Positions 37,204 to 50,400 of a DNA stretch of 64,000 bases are shown piece after piece. Made by a program: the position numbers and the translations under genes. The stretch lies in the NCBI GenBank assembly GCA_012026655.1, contig JAAILG010000612.1, forward strand, positions 1 through 64,000. Reading direction: 5' to 3'. Below the pieces are notes generated by a model. That model was not told the DNA's origin. It ran no database searches and saw only the letters and a program-made list of their open reading frames with translations. This DNA is from Hydrolagus affinis. Its lineage: Eukaryota. Position 1 is the stretch's first letter. Each line of letters begins with the position of its first letter.

Positions 37204-40200
37204 CAATCTATTGTAGTCTTATATTTCAGCACTTCGATCCCACCCATTAAGCAGTACCTATCATGTTCTCACTGCATCCGACAATGTCAATTGTTAAGTA
37301 TATTATTTTAGATCTTATTACTCATCTCATTTGAACTCATTTATATTTACTTGCTTAGATTTTTTTATCGTTTTTAAACAGCAAGGCTGCTAGAGTGTAT
37401 TTTGTTTAACAGTGTGGGTGGGGTCAGTGTTGATGGAAATCTAAAAAAAACAGAAATCGTGTTTGAATGCCAAAGTGAACAAACTAATGTCTTTGTTTTC
37501 AAAAAGCAGCAGATTTCATCACATGTTAATTTTTATATGGTACTCTCCAAAAGCAACTTTTCCCATTATCCTGTGGTAAGTATTGGGTGGAGACCAATGC
37601 AGCACAGGAGGAAACTGAAACCTATTCCAGTTGCCTTGCCAAGTACTTAGCTGACTTATTATACATAGTGCATACATACTGCTGAACTAGACACTGCAAC
37701 ATGATTCAATTCTCTCTTCTCATCCCCTTCAGGAAATAAATGTTGAAGATGTGAGTGGAAATATTTCACGAAATGGGCAATTCAAGTACTGTATAGGTCA
37801 ATACCGACAAAGTACAGGATTATAGTAAATACTGCTTAAACAATGCAATATGTACATGGAACCTAAATCACATCAATTGACCCAGCTTTTGCAGTGAAAT
37901 TGTTTACTTGTAGGTTGGATGTGAATCAAGATTGCTGCAGCTATTTTATACAGCAATGTAATCTTTGCCCTTATGATTCATGCACATCTGAGCCAATGAG
38001 GTAATTTTCCAAATTGAACTATAATAAATAAATAATAATCCTTGTGTTTGACACAGAGCCTTATCACATCATTGAGATGTTGATGCTCAAAGTGCTTCAA
38101 AAGACAAACTGTACTGAAAACTGGTTGACTGTGTATGTTGTAGGCTAATGCAGCAGACAATTGTGCACAGAAGGTGTCCCACAAACAGTCATGCGGGGGT
38201 GTGGGGGGGGGGCAATTTTATTTGGGGGATTTGTTGGCTGGGACTTAAGGAAAAACTCGATTCTCTTTCGAATAGTGCCATGGGATCTTTAACGTCTATC
38301 AGAACAAGGCAGACAAGACCTCAGTTTAATGTCTCATCCAAAGACGGCAATACAGACAATGCAACATTGCAGTGGAGCTAAGTGCTTAATGGCTGAGTAA
38401 ACCCTATGTCATGATTTAGATTTCTCCATAGTATAAGAGCACATGGATTACAACACTCCGTTGATGATTTATTTGATGAATTGCATTTAAAGGGAAACTG
38501 CAGAATAACATTCTACAAAGACCATATTCATGATTATTTTCTGTGAAGCATAAATACATATCTCTGTGCAGCATAAATACATATCTCTGTGCATTTATTA
38601 ATTTTTTTTTAAAAAAACTTAAAATCTGAGACATGTAATTTTCTGATTGGGGCTCGATCAATCTTGGCCTTTTTATAAGGTTGTATAAAAGAATTAGAAG
38701 TTTGGTTCACGGCAGCGTTGCTGTACATTGAGGGTTATTGGAAACTCAAAACTGAGATGTTACATGTTATCTATAAATAACAAAACACACGTCTTAATTT
38801 TCCACCTGGATTTTTCGCAATAATGACACAAATGTTTCCATTCTCTAATAATTTCCCAAAAGAAAGACAGAAAGAAAAACCTCTTTTTTTGTGTGTGTTG
38901 AAAAACCTGAAAAATCCGAATCATTGAAAAATATTTTTGCAAGTTAAGCTTCAAGGAATAACGTTCATAGATAAAGGATCACTGACAACATGTAGCATTA
39001 CATTTAAATGCATTATTGTTAAAGAATGTGGAACTCTCCATTCATTTTCCTTCATGTTCGATAATTTATGTTCTACTGGTGTGGTCCTTGTGAAAAAAAA
39101 TAAGAAACACTTATCAACAGCTGCAATATTACTACTGTCTTCTATTTAGTCTAGTCTATATTTTACCTCCATAACATACCATTTAATCATCCACTTTTGT
39201 GCCTCTGAGGGTGAAACATATCTGTGGTGTAGAGCATGGAACTCTTATGTGACCTACAAAAAAGCATAGGAAAGCATATGCTCGGCTTCTGCTTTCCTGA
39301 ATATGAGATACTGTATATAAATTCAAATGTGATTTTGTTGTTGTTTGTTGGCTGTAGCATAAATATGAAGGCGATTATCTTCAGGAACAATAATACATGA
39401 TGTGTTCAGTAAACCAATTATACTGAGTCAAATGATGCAAGATATATCTAATCTAACTCACTCTGGATAAACTCTGGAAGTACTTCAGAGAGCTTTTGAT
39501 GGGAGTGATAATGGAAACAGAAGGAAGACATCTGTTTGTCTCAATGTGGCTAATTGCTATAATTGTATCATGAAACTCATGATGTTTAATTCACTTACCG
39601 TCAAATTTTTCAATCTCATGAACTTAAAGAAAAATATGATGTGACTCCCATTATATTTTATTCCCCTATTTTTCAAACAGTCTTTATTAATTTTATTTTA
39701 CTCCCCCGCCCTCCGGAATCACACTTTTTATTTTCCAATTTCTTCCCCTCTTATCCTTTCCTGAGCGTGTTTGATCCTTTTCCCATTGAAACTTTGATTA
39801 AAATGGATCCTTCAAAATTCACATAACATAATAAAGTAATAATAATTCTTGTATTTGATTTTGCACTTTTCCTGTCTTCTCAAACATTTGACATCTCAAA
39901 TGGCTCCACAGAATGTACTGGAAAGTGAATTGACTGTATATTTGTGGGAAAAATGCGGCAACCAATTGTACACAGCAGTGTCCCCACAAACAGTTGTGGA
40001 TTGAAGTGACAATTTTTTAATTTTTTTGCTGAAGTTGCAAAATATAAATAATTGTTTTACAAACCATTTTCTAGGTGTGATGAATCATAACCTTTACCGG
40101 GTATTTTTCATCCATAAATACACATTATATCTCTGGAACCAGATTTGTTCATCCTCTACATTTATCATCAGGTATAATTGATGGTTTAAGTCATGTGTTC

Positions 40201-43199
40201 ATTTAAAATAAGAACCAGTTACTGGGGTATTTAAATTAGAGCATAGTTTTCTAAATAGTGTTGCTAAAACGATCAATCGTTGGACCCCTCCCTCGACAAT
40301 CAGTAATTCTATAGAAATAGCCTGATGGAGTGAAAATCCCCTAACTCTGTATTTTGCAGAGGTTATAATAATAATAATAATCCTTCAATTTCTATTGTGT
40401 CTTATCATGGTGTGGAGAAGCCTCAAAGCACTTCAAAGTTATGATAATTATAACAGTCGCACAGACAGTCGTGGATTTCAGATTCTCCGTGCTTCAAGCT
40501 GAGTTGTGCCTTAACTCAGCTGCAAGTTCTGTATCTGTTCCCTATTATCTGACATTAAACTGCCAGTCACAACCACAAGGGCCACAATCCTGCAGGTGGT
40601 GTCTCCCTGTGATTTAGGGCTCACTGATCTAGAATGTACCAGTCTTACTGTTGTACCAATTACAATTCTGAAGCCTTTTTTACCCAGAGGCATTGATTGT
40701 TTTCTATTATAAGTTTCTTTCATCCTCATACAGGTTAGAATTTCATTGAATATCAGTGTACATTACTGTGATATTTGTTATAATAAATAAGTCAAACAAT
40801 GAGGACATGTTCACCTTGAAATGGTGTTTTAAAAAAAACAGCTTCAGATATCACATGTAACAACTGCCCATTTAGTTTGGATGGAAGAGTCACTCTCCAC
40901 TACCACTGGGAAAGCCACCGTCACCTTTAATGGCCGACCTTGTCTTGGGTTTCGATCTCATTTCAGTGAACAGCAAAGAGATAGGCAATAGTACGTGGTC
41001 GGAAAATAACTGTGGTCAACTTTGAAGTAACATGCGTATGTTTACACGTGACCAGTTATTACCACAGATTCGATCACAAAACCAAGGGTGTTCCACTTCT
41101 ATTTGTTGTGCAGCGCCTTTCTAAAATAAAACGCAGAGCAGAGGATGCCGATTCTGTTCCGCAGTCTGTTTCTGAGGAGAAATGTCCCCAAAACACAGTC
41201 CAATTCATTGAAATAAACAGCAGTGACAGTTAGCTATTTATTTCCAATCATTATTAAACGAATGCACTTTGGGAGAAATGCCTACAAACTACAATCGATT
41301 GTTTTTCAGATATTTTCCTCACAATCAGTTTCTCTATGTGCTGCACTTATTTAGCAAGACTGTACTTGTCCCATCGATTGTATATGCAAATTATTATGCA
41401 AGATCCTTTCTTTGTTGCAATCTGCGCGTTGTTAATTGATGAGAAAAAGATACTAAAATGTAAACCACCTCTTCTTCTCAACACTTAAACCTACTTTAAA
41501 CACTCATTTCTGTAATAGTTTTATTTGTTCTTTTGTATTATATTTTTCCTTTCACCTTGCTCACATTCTATTGATCATTATTATTGTTTTAATTTTTTTT
41601 AATTAAGCTCTGAGACACCACCTACATGATGTACTGTAGGTTAATGCATATTGTTGTCTATAGGGAAATACAATACATACTGTTTTGTGCTATCTTGTGT
41701 TTAACTGATCTTTCCATTTACTGTGCACAGGGTTTGAACTTCATGACTTCCTTCAGGTAGAATTCCCTCCCCAATCCAACTTGTCATCTCTTCCCTCCCC
41801 ACTCCAAATCACCCCAGGCTTGGGAGGATCCAGTTGTGCAAAGCTTTTTGAGACACCCTCCCGATATGAAAGGCTTTGCATCCATTTAAATCGCCTTGCA
41901 TTGTAATTTTGTTTTGATGAACCTTTTAGATATTTAGTATTGTTCCATATTTTACACATGAATTGCTTGATACATTTCAACTGGTGTAACAGGATACAGC
42001 TTGAAAAGACTGGGACAGGGACACATATCTCAATAATGTGGCCCTAGGGATCACTGAAAAGACAAGCAGCCCTTTAATTGGCATGCTAGCCATCAGGTCA
42101 GAAAATTCCCATAGCGTAATGCATAGTCCAACAACCTTGGTACAAGAAGCGATAATTAGCTCTGCATTCGATCTTCTGCTTCGGCTTCATTCGCTAAACT
42201 GCAGGCTGTAGGTTTATGCACATGTAGGCACATGTTAAACACAAGGCCGAGTTTATAAATCCACAATAATAAGTGTAAACTGACAAATGCTGCTGCTGAA
42301 TAAAAGTAAGGTCAAGTACCATGTGTTTCCTGCGCTGTGGAGTCACAATAGAACTATTATCCCCTGGTGGGTAATGGGCAACTGTGTTTTTGATGCACTA
42401 ACATACTTTCCCATGATATTAGTGTGGGGGAGGGAGACTTTGGATGGATTTGTTGCGTAATGTTAGCATGTTTGCATTATTTTTGTCACTTGAGTTCATG
42501 CCTGGACGAGTCATTGCACGTATTCCAGCATCCCTGATTCAAGAAGTCTCTGTGCAACTCATTAATCAGGGCCATTGGTTGCACGTGGCAATGTCTAACT
42601 CGGTGTTAGGAATAAACTTCAGATGTGAGTGGCACCAGCTTGCACCAGGGCTTAAGTGGGACCAGTCCATAAATAGACATGATGCAGTATTGAACAGCGT
42701 AGAAAATATATTATTTATTAATCAGGTGCAGAGACCAGTCAGGGAAGGAAAGAGCCGGAGAAATCCTCCAGTGAGGGTGTTTCAGGCCTGATTGTGTGTG
42801 TCAGTTAGACAACCAGTTTATCTCCAGAGATTTGGGTTCTTTCAACTAACAGGACTTGAGCCCACCAGGGTTTGAGTTGAGGACACATTTGCAGGAAGCA
42901 CAAACCTTACTGACGATTTCACCTTCAGCGGTACTTGAGCAGCTTTGCATCCCAGGAACTGTTACTGCAGGTTTGAGAAGTAAGCCAGGTGTGCCTGCTG
43001 CTCCAAAATACCAGTTGAAGCAACTGAAAACACAGCTGCGTTTTCATAATATGGTCGACTTGTGCAGGGTCCAGGAGGAATAGATTGCGCACATATCAAA
43101 ATGTGTACACAACCACAGAAAGCCTCCCTGTGTGTCCTCAGCCCCGTCATCTAATGTTCCATAAATATGAAGTTATAGCTTGGCAGGAATGCATTCCTG

Positions 43200-43465
43200 A
43201 TAAATAATAAATAAATAATCCTTGCATTTGATACAGCGCTTTTCACGTAAAGTGAACTGACTGTATCTTTTGGGGCAAAATACGACACCAGTTTCCCACA
43301 AACAGTCGTGGATTGAAGTGACCAATTTTCATGATTTTTTTTATTTGAGGGATTTATTATCAGGCCTGTGGAGTAAGGAAACTTGACAAGGTTTGGCCCT
43401 GCTGGAATCAAACCCAGGTCTCTCACTTTAGAGGCGAGTGCCTCTAACCACTGACCTACGGGACT
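43200..43465 (-). mobile_element. tRNA-derived SINE with an internal deletion
   Basis: ataatccttgcatttgatacagcgcttttcacg...gagtgcctctaaccactgacctacgggact. Confidence 0.88.
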
Positions 43466-43739
43466 ATCACTGAAGAGTCCCTGCAGCAAGACTAACACAC
43501 ACTGAAATAACAGGTTTTCTAAGCTCTAGGACTTCTGAAGCCCAGGTCACAAGGAATCAACCTATTTTGCACCTCAACGACAAAGTGAGTGATCGATCTC
43601 CCATGAAGAAGCAGCAGTAGGAATCCAGAAGCAAACATCTGGACCAACTGGTAGATAAAGCGGTAATGACACAGATTTAGAAGCAATTAGAGGAAGAGCA
43701 AGACAGCTTGAAGCAACTGGAATGGCTATGGAAATCAGA

Positions 43740-43995
43740 AGTACTGAATAATACTGAATATTGCCATTCAGTCCAGCGACAGCCATTGAGACAAGCAGCT
43801 GAGTTGTCTTGGATTCTTGTTCTAATTAACAGTGAGTCCTTGATTTTCTTGAATGTTTCCATTGCTCCTGGGACCTCTCGACTTCTAAGACGGCAGCAGC
43901 TCTCCCTTCCACATGATGTGCAGCTTTTGCCTCGTGTGGCTTGTTTCATTGCCAAAGATTCTACTTTTGACTTTTAATCTCTCACCGAGAAACAA
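43740..43995 (-). mobile_element. Old CR1-like 3' fragment; related plus-strand copy at about 46240-46392
   Basis: Both copies share ...caatgaaacaag.cac.cgaggcaaa...tgcacatc.tgtgg.agggagag...caatggaaacattcaagaa (HRVV...METFKK), in opposite orientation. Confidence 0.6.
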
Positions 43996-44231
43996 ATTAA
44001 TTTCCCTTCTTACAACTAATGCTCAGCATGTTCCCTGATTTAGAGCAGTAAAGATTTGCATGTGTGTATTTGTGAATCATTAATGTGATTATAGCCAGGT
44101 TTACCTCACAGATTCGATAATCTGCACTAAACTGCACATTCATCTGCATATAAGGCACTCTGAAAAATAGTCTGTTTGTTTGTGCGAAGCAATAACACAC
44201 AACTGCATCTAAGGAAACTATAGTATCCTTA

Positions 44232-44529
44232 AATAATAACAATAATCCTTGCATTTGATATAGCGCTTTTCACGTCTTCTAGACATCACAAAACGCTTCA
44301 CAGAATATACTGTAAAATTAATTGACTGTATATTTTGTGGGTGAAACGCGGTAGCCAATTGCGCACAACAGTGTTCCACAAGCAATTATGGATTGAAATT
44401 ACCATTTTTTTTGGAAGGATCATTACCAGGCGTAAGGAAACTTGTCCAAGGTTTCGCCCTGCCTGAAATCGAACCCAGGTCTCTCACTTGCAAGGCGAGT
44501 GCTCTAACCAACTGAGTTATAGGACTCCA
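44232..44529 (-). mobile_element. tRNA-derived SINE, full length
   Basis: Reverse-orientation family copy ending ...gagtgctctaaccaactgagttataggactcc. Confidence 0.92.
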
Positions 44530-44965
44530 AAGAAGATTAATTGATTGTAGCTTCATTATAACTATCTCAGGTGTTGGAGTTTCAGATGTGTCGATTTCTA
44601 AATAGGATATAGTATGCTGTCAGTCATGCATGCACTCTCCTTTGGGGAGAAAGGCAAGGAACAACCTAGATTTGTGGGCGTCTCCATTTATTTTGAGAGG
44701 AGACGTGCTTAGAAACAGTGATGTACTTGTTCTTTGTTTCCAATGAGCACCCACACCCCAAAGTGGAATGCTCACCTGTTGAGCAGATATAGTGTGTCAG
44801 CCTGATTCAGTCACTAGCACTCCTGCCTCTGAGTCACAAGCATTGTTGGCGACACCATCCTTTAAATGAAACATTAACCCGAGGTCCAGTTTAAACTTCG
44901 AGTTGAAAGCTCAAAATGAATTAAATAAACATAAAAGTAGTTTGGTTCTGATATGGAGCAGTCTA

Positions 44966-45296
44966 GCAATCTTGTAGCTCAGTGGTTAGAGCACTCGCCC
45001 TACAAGCGTGAGACCTGTGTTCAAATCCAGGTAGATCAGGGCGAAACCTTCGGCACGTTTCCTTACTCCACACGCTTAATAATAATCCCTCCAAAAAAAC
45101 ACAATAATAAAATTGGTCATTTCAATCCACGGCTGTTTGTGGGACACTGCTGTGCGCAGTTGGCTGCTGCGTTTTGCTCACAAATACACAGTCAATTCAC
45201 TTTACAATAAATTCTGTGAAGCGTTTTGAGACGTCGATAAGATGTGAAAAGCACTACATTAAATGCAAGGATTATTAGTATACAATTATTATTATA
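44966..45296 (+). mobile_element. tRNA-derived SINE, full length
   Basis: tgtagctcagtggttagagcactcgccctacaagcgtgagacc...aaatgcaaggattatta. Confidence 0.92.
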
Positions 45297-46394
45297 AAAT
45301 CTTCTGCTGGTATAAAAATCACCATCTCTATTCTGTATAATCCAGGTGATGGTGGATATTTTTGGAAACTCCCAGGGTGGATGAGATCTGTGCAAAGAAA
45401 ATTAACACCTCAATTCTTGAACAAAGCCTGAAGAATGTTGCTTCAGTTCACATTTCACATTTAAAACATATCAATAAATGCCAATCTAAAACAAGCCCCA
45501 CAACTTTTCAAATGTCAGAGACTTCAAACAGTTTTAGAATTCAACTTTCCCACCTTTGTTATTGCAGGGCAGTTGCAGGGCAGTTAAACTGAGTCACAAC
45601 TAACAACATAACTGTGACAAACCCAGTTGCCTCAAGCTGTCCTGCTCCTCCTTTTATCAACAATAATTAAATGCAAGGATTAATATGCAACGATTAGTGC
45701 AATATTGTGTCAGTAGTATTGAAATAAAATACCTTTGGAAGTAATTACTTATCCACACTTTTGGCACTTTCAGGATGGATTTCTCCACTTCCAAAATTTG
45801 TCCACTCGTACCTTTACCCACATTGCACTTTGCTTGACCCTCCCTCTCCTCGTTGCTCTGATCCATCGACTCCTTGACATGGGAACAAAGGAACAGGGGG
45901 AAGCTGTTCAGCTCCTCGAGCCTGTTCTGCCATTCTATTAGATATGGGCTGATTGAATAGAATTATTATTATTATTATTCATTCATTAGTATGTACATTA
46001 GTACATTTGATACAGTGATTTATTACATCTTTGAGACATCTAATCTTGTGCCTAACCCTGTTGATCAAGGTCAACCATTAAAAGCATTGCACCCAATAAT
46101 GCACTTCTGATCAGGCATTTACCAAGTGTACTACAGCCTCCTCGCTACCTACTCTGCACCTTTCGCCCATGTCTTGTTGCAGTACTACAACAAGAACAAC
46201 ATTTAAATTATATTTGTACTAGAAAGTTAAATTAATTTAACTTGTTGAGAGGGTAAAACTTGAAAGTGTAATCTTTGACAATGAAACAAGTCACCCGAGG
46301 CAAACAATGCACATCGTGTGGTAGGGAGAGTTAATGCAGCCTTGTAAGTGGAGAAATCCAGAGACAATGGAAACATTCAAGAACATCAATGGCT

Positions 46395-46640
46395 CACCAC
46401 GGATTGACTTCAAAATCCTTCTCACCTACCGATATCTAAACTCCCCTCCCCACATCCCATACCTCTGTGATATTCTCCGCACTTACTCTCCTATTCACTA
46501 TCACCACTCGGTTAAGTCAGGCCTCCCGATCACTCCCTACCTTCAGCCATAGAGTCCCTGACCTCCAGAACTTCCTTCCCAGACCCTTTTCCCCCTCTGT
46601 CATATTTAAAAGTCCTCAGAAAACGTACCCAGTCACCTCC
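46395..46640 (+). mobile_element. Decayed L2 fragment
   Basis: RIDFKILLTYR...PYLCDIL in ORF 46334..46552 is an L2 ORF2-like segment. Confidence 0.6.
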
Positions 46641-47004
46641 CGGGTGACACTCAAAACTCTTAACCAGCTAAGGGATTTTGACATGTGTCAGGTTTCCAGG
46701 CAACCAAAATGAAAATAAAAATACAGGTGAAGATATGAATCAATTTGCAGCGCAGCCGTTCATTTTCCAAAGGCACAAAATCTGTTGTGGTGGATACGGT
46801 GCATTAAAACAAAAACAAAACATATGGGCGATTGACAATGACACAATACATTTTGCTGCCAATTTTCTCCCCTCCCTCCTCTTCTCCAAAAAATGCTGAC
46901 TCATGCTCATGTATAGTTCCCAGGACATCAGGAATAACTTGACACTTCGGTCAAGTGACCTTTCTTCATGTTTGAGCCAAGTCATGACTATTGGTAAACT
47001 TGTG

Positions 47005-47465
47005 TGTCCGCTTGGCTCAGTGTTAGCCCTCTCGCCTCTGAGTCAGAAGGTTGTGGGTTCAAGTCCCACGATTTGAACAACAAATTGCATTTATATAGCG
47101 CCTTTCATGTTGGAGGATGTCCTCGCACCACAAACTTGCTTAGTCTAAGGCGACACTCCAGTGCTGGCCATGTATTGCATTGACGGAGGTGCCATCCTTC
47201 GGATGTGACGTTCAGGTGCATGTTAAGCATCTCACGGCTTAATTCGAAAAGAAAAAGTAGTTTCTCCCAGTGCCCAGGCTAACAATTGCTCAAATAAAAA
47301 CAATGAGTTGTTCATTCCATGGCTCTTTGTGGGACTTTGATGGGCGCAATTATTCTGCCGTGTTTTCTACAATAGGCAGTCAATCCATTTTTCGAAGTAC
47401 TTTGTGATATCCTTCTGATGGGACAGAGCACCACACTAAATGCAAAGATTATTAATAGTATTATT
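47005..47465 (+). mobile_element. Older tRNA-headed Deu-domain SINE (AmnSINE1/SacSINE1-like)
   Basis: Head ttggctcagtgttagccctctcgcctctgagtcagaaggttgtgggttcaagtcccac; central tgcattgacggaggtgccatccttcggatg...gttcaggtg...ttcgaaaaga...tttctcccagtg, as in the Deu domain; L2-like tail. Confidence 0.8.
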
Positions 47466-50400
47466 ATTTGCCCTTGAAGAGTACCATAATCTTTAGGATC
47501 CTGTTGTTCCCCAATGTATACAGACATGTACTTTCATGTAGGGGATCAGTTGATAGATAACACGCAACAGTGCGAAATACTGAATATTTTATTCTCTCCA
47601 TAACCCAGGGGCACTGTGCCCAATTGCAACCATTGAACCAGCCCTGATTGAAATCAGCATACGTAGCACAGGCCAGGAATACAACACATTTTTGTTCGGT
47701 GCTAACACTAAGCATCGCTTTTTAACCAATAGACTATCAAGAGAGCCCCCCCACCACCCGTAAGTGTTCAGTTTGACGCCTCAAATGAAAATCACAGCAA
47801 CGTTGGAGTTAATGAGTCAAAAAAAAATGTTTACATTGATTTGAGTCACATGAAGTACGTAGTAGAAATTCCATCTAAAATTAGGGTCTACAGCTGTTTA
47901 GGCTGGTGCCAAGCACGTGTGTGCTTAAAGTTAAAGAAACAGGGCAGTGTTCAGAATTGGTTTTGAGCTGCGATCGAGCTCCAAAACACTGGTAGATATG
48001 TTATTCATCGAGTATTCGTCATCTCAGACTCACTTTGAACAGAATGCTCCATTTCTGGGAGATTAAACTCTGTTCATGATCTGGGCAGATTCTACACCGC
48101 CCGCGGTAAGAAACAAAATAAAATGTGCACTGTGAACGTTTGCACAGGGGGTAGTGGTTTGGATGTGGTGAATCACAACTTATTTTCTTGACTGCGCACA
48201 AACTCTCAAGGTTAGAGTCTACGTCTTAAAGGGGTTTCTTCCCTTTCAGACCGCCACAGAGGGTGAGGGGATGGACATCACCTTCGAGGTAACAGGGTAA
48301 GTGCAGCAGCAACAGCTGCTATGTTCAGTATGTGTAATATGCATAACCCTGTACACCTGTTTACGCCTATTGTTGATCAAGGTGAACCAACAAGTTGCCT
48401 CCAAATACATTGCACCCATAAAAGCACTTCTTCATCAGGAAGAATGTAACACATGTACATAGCCTCTTCTCTGCACTCCCCCTACCACTCTCCCCCACCC
48501 CAACATACAAACCTCACCCCCCACCAACACCCACCCAACCACTTTCCACCCTGTCCTGTTATGGTATTTCAGTACCACAATCTCAAATTTAGAAAAGTGT
48601 CCCTTTTATCACCAGCAATGAGAATTTGTCAGGATTAATACCAAACAAGAGAGTGACTGCGCTTGAATGAAATGCCTTTCTAAATCCTGAGTCACATTTC
48701 GTTTGAGATAATGATGGAACAGATGCAGAAACAAGTTGCTTCTGTATCCAGCAAACATTGCATTTCCATATCTTTAGAAAAATTTGCAGTTTTATCAAGA
48801 GCTAATTGATTAATGTCAGTGCTATTGTCTTTGAATAAAAAAAACTTTGTGAAGAAATGCGATTTTGGAGTACAATGACACAATTTTGTACTCATTCGGC
48901 CTCCATAATAACCAAACCCTACATCCATCTCAAAGCCGGTTGAGCTTTTTTGTGCCAAATGTGTTATTATATAACGTCTCACACCAAATGAAATGTGCCT
49001 ACCAACCTTCAATTATAAAGCTCAATCCAAAAGGAATTTGATTCAGTAGTCATAATACAGTATAATGTTGCTGGCTGAATATTTACCAACCTTTTAGTTT
49101 AGCATGAAATTAGTCATTCTTTTTATGCTGGTGTATGTTATTATTATAAACCCTTCTTTTAAAAGCAATGCCATCACTCTTGCAAACTAGATGCCGCTGC
49201 TTAGAAACTGCTGATTTTTCTATAGTGAACCTTCTGGCTTTGCTGCAATGATCAAAGATCATTCGTTTTCTGGGAAGTAGCAATTTAGTGGATGTATTAT
49301 TCATGCGGGTGAGTGACTGAGTGAGTGCATGGATGTCTGTGGCAGCAAGAACAACTTAAATGCATTGAGAAACTGTACTTAAAAAATCTGAAATGGCAGA
49401 ACTGCTCATTGTTTATTTCCAATAGCAAGACATGTAATAGTTACTAATGGTTCACTGTGAAATATATCTGATGTATGGAATATATTTGATGTGTGGAATG
49501 TGAACATAAAAGATATGCATTTTGGTAACAGTTCATAAGTATCTAATTTGAAAATCCATAGGCTTTGCAATTCTGTATGATCTGCACTTGATTTCTGAAA
49601 GACATGAAAAATATGACAAGAAAATAGTAACCCAGACCTTGATACTGTCGCTGTAGGTAGCTGCTGCCTATTCAGAACACTGGTGTTTTGCTAGTGCAGC
49701 ACTATATATTGTAGGCCAGGTATATACAGTATTCCATTTGCCCTCTAAAAAGATGACACCAATAAACATTTGAAACCACGGGCTTAATCGAATTACAGAA
49801 GAGGCACTCCCATTTCTGAATGTTTCTTTACTTCTAGTTACTTTCAGAGGAGCAGGGATAGTCCATAATCTACCCACAGACAAAATGTTGTCTCCCTTTT
49901 ATTACCTCCCATGGTGTCACTCCCACAATATCTTATTCTAGAAGCATTAAGTAAAAGCCAAAATAATGAGGCTGTGATTCATCCAACCTTGCACTGAAGA
50001 CCAAAAAGTGTACGAGGTTGGGAATTACTCAGGCTGCATTTATGTGGCAATGCAAAGTCCATTGAAGCATGAAATGCAATCCTGCGAGGACAGTGCCAAA
50101 ATTGTCAGATGGTGGGTCACACTCCCGTAGATCATGCCAATGTTGCTTTGCTGAAATCACATGAGCCTTCTAATAGGACCTGCATGAAAAGTGTTCAGAA
50201 TGGTGAGAAGACTTAACCCTTGCAGAAGATAAAACCATCGTGGTTAACCATGCTGGCTGTTTGACTTCATCATTCCAGAATACCCTCGCTACAAACTTCA
50301 TGTTATAGCAACAACCGATTTCCAAAATGAATCCAGTAATGGCTCTGGCTGTTACTGCTCTTCCAGAAAACCTGAGTCACTCATTACTTACCCCAGCATC

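Noticed and set aside
38548-38593. 23-bp tandem duplication, and other short tandem words (6454-6480, 52007-52033)
   Set aside because: Ordinary slippage duplications; no spacer structure, so not CRISPR-like.
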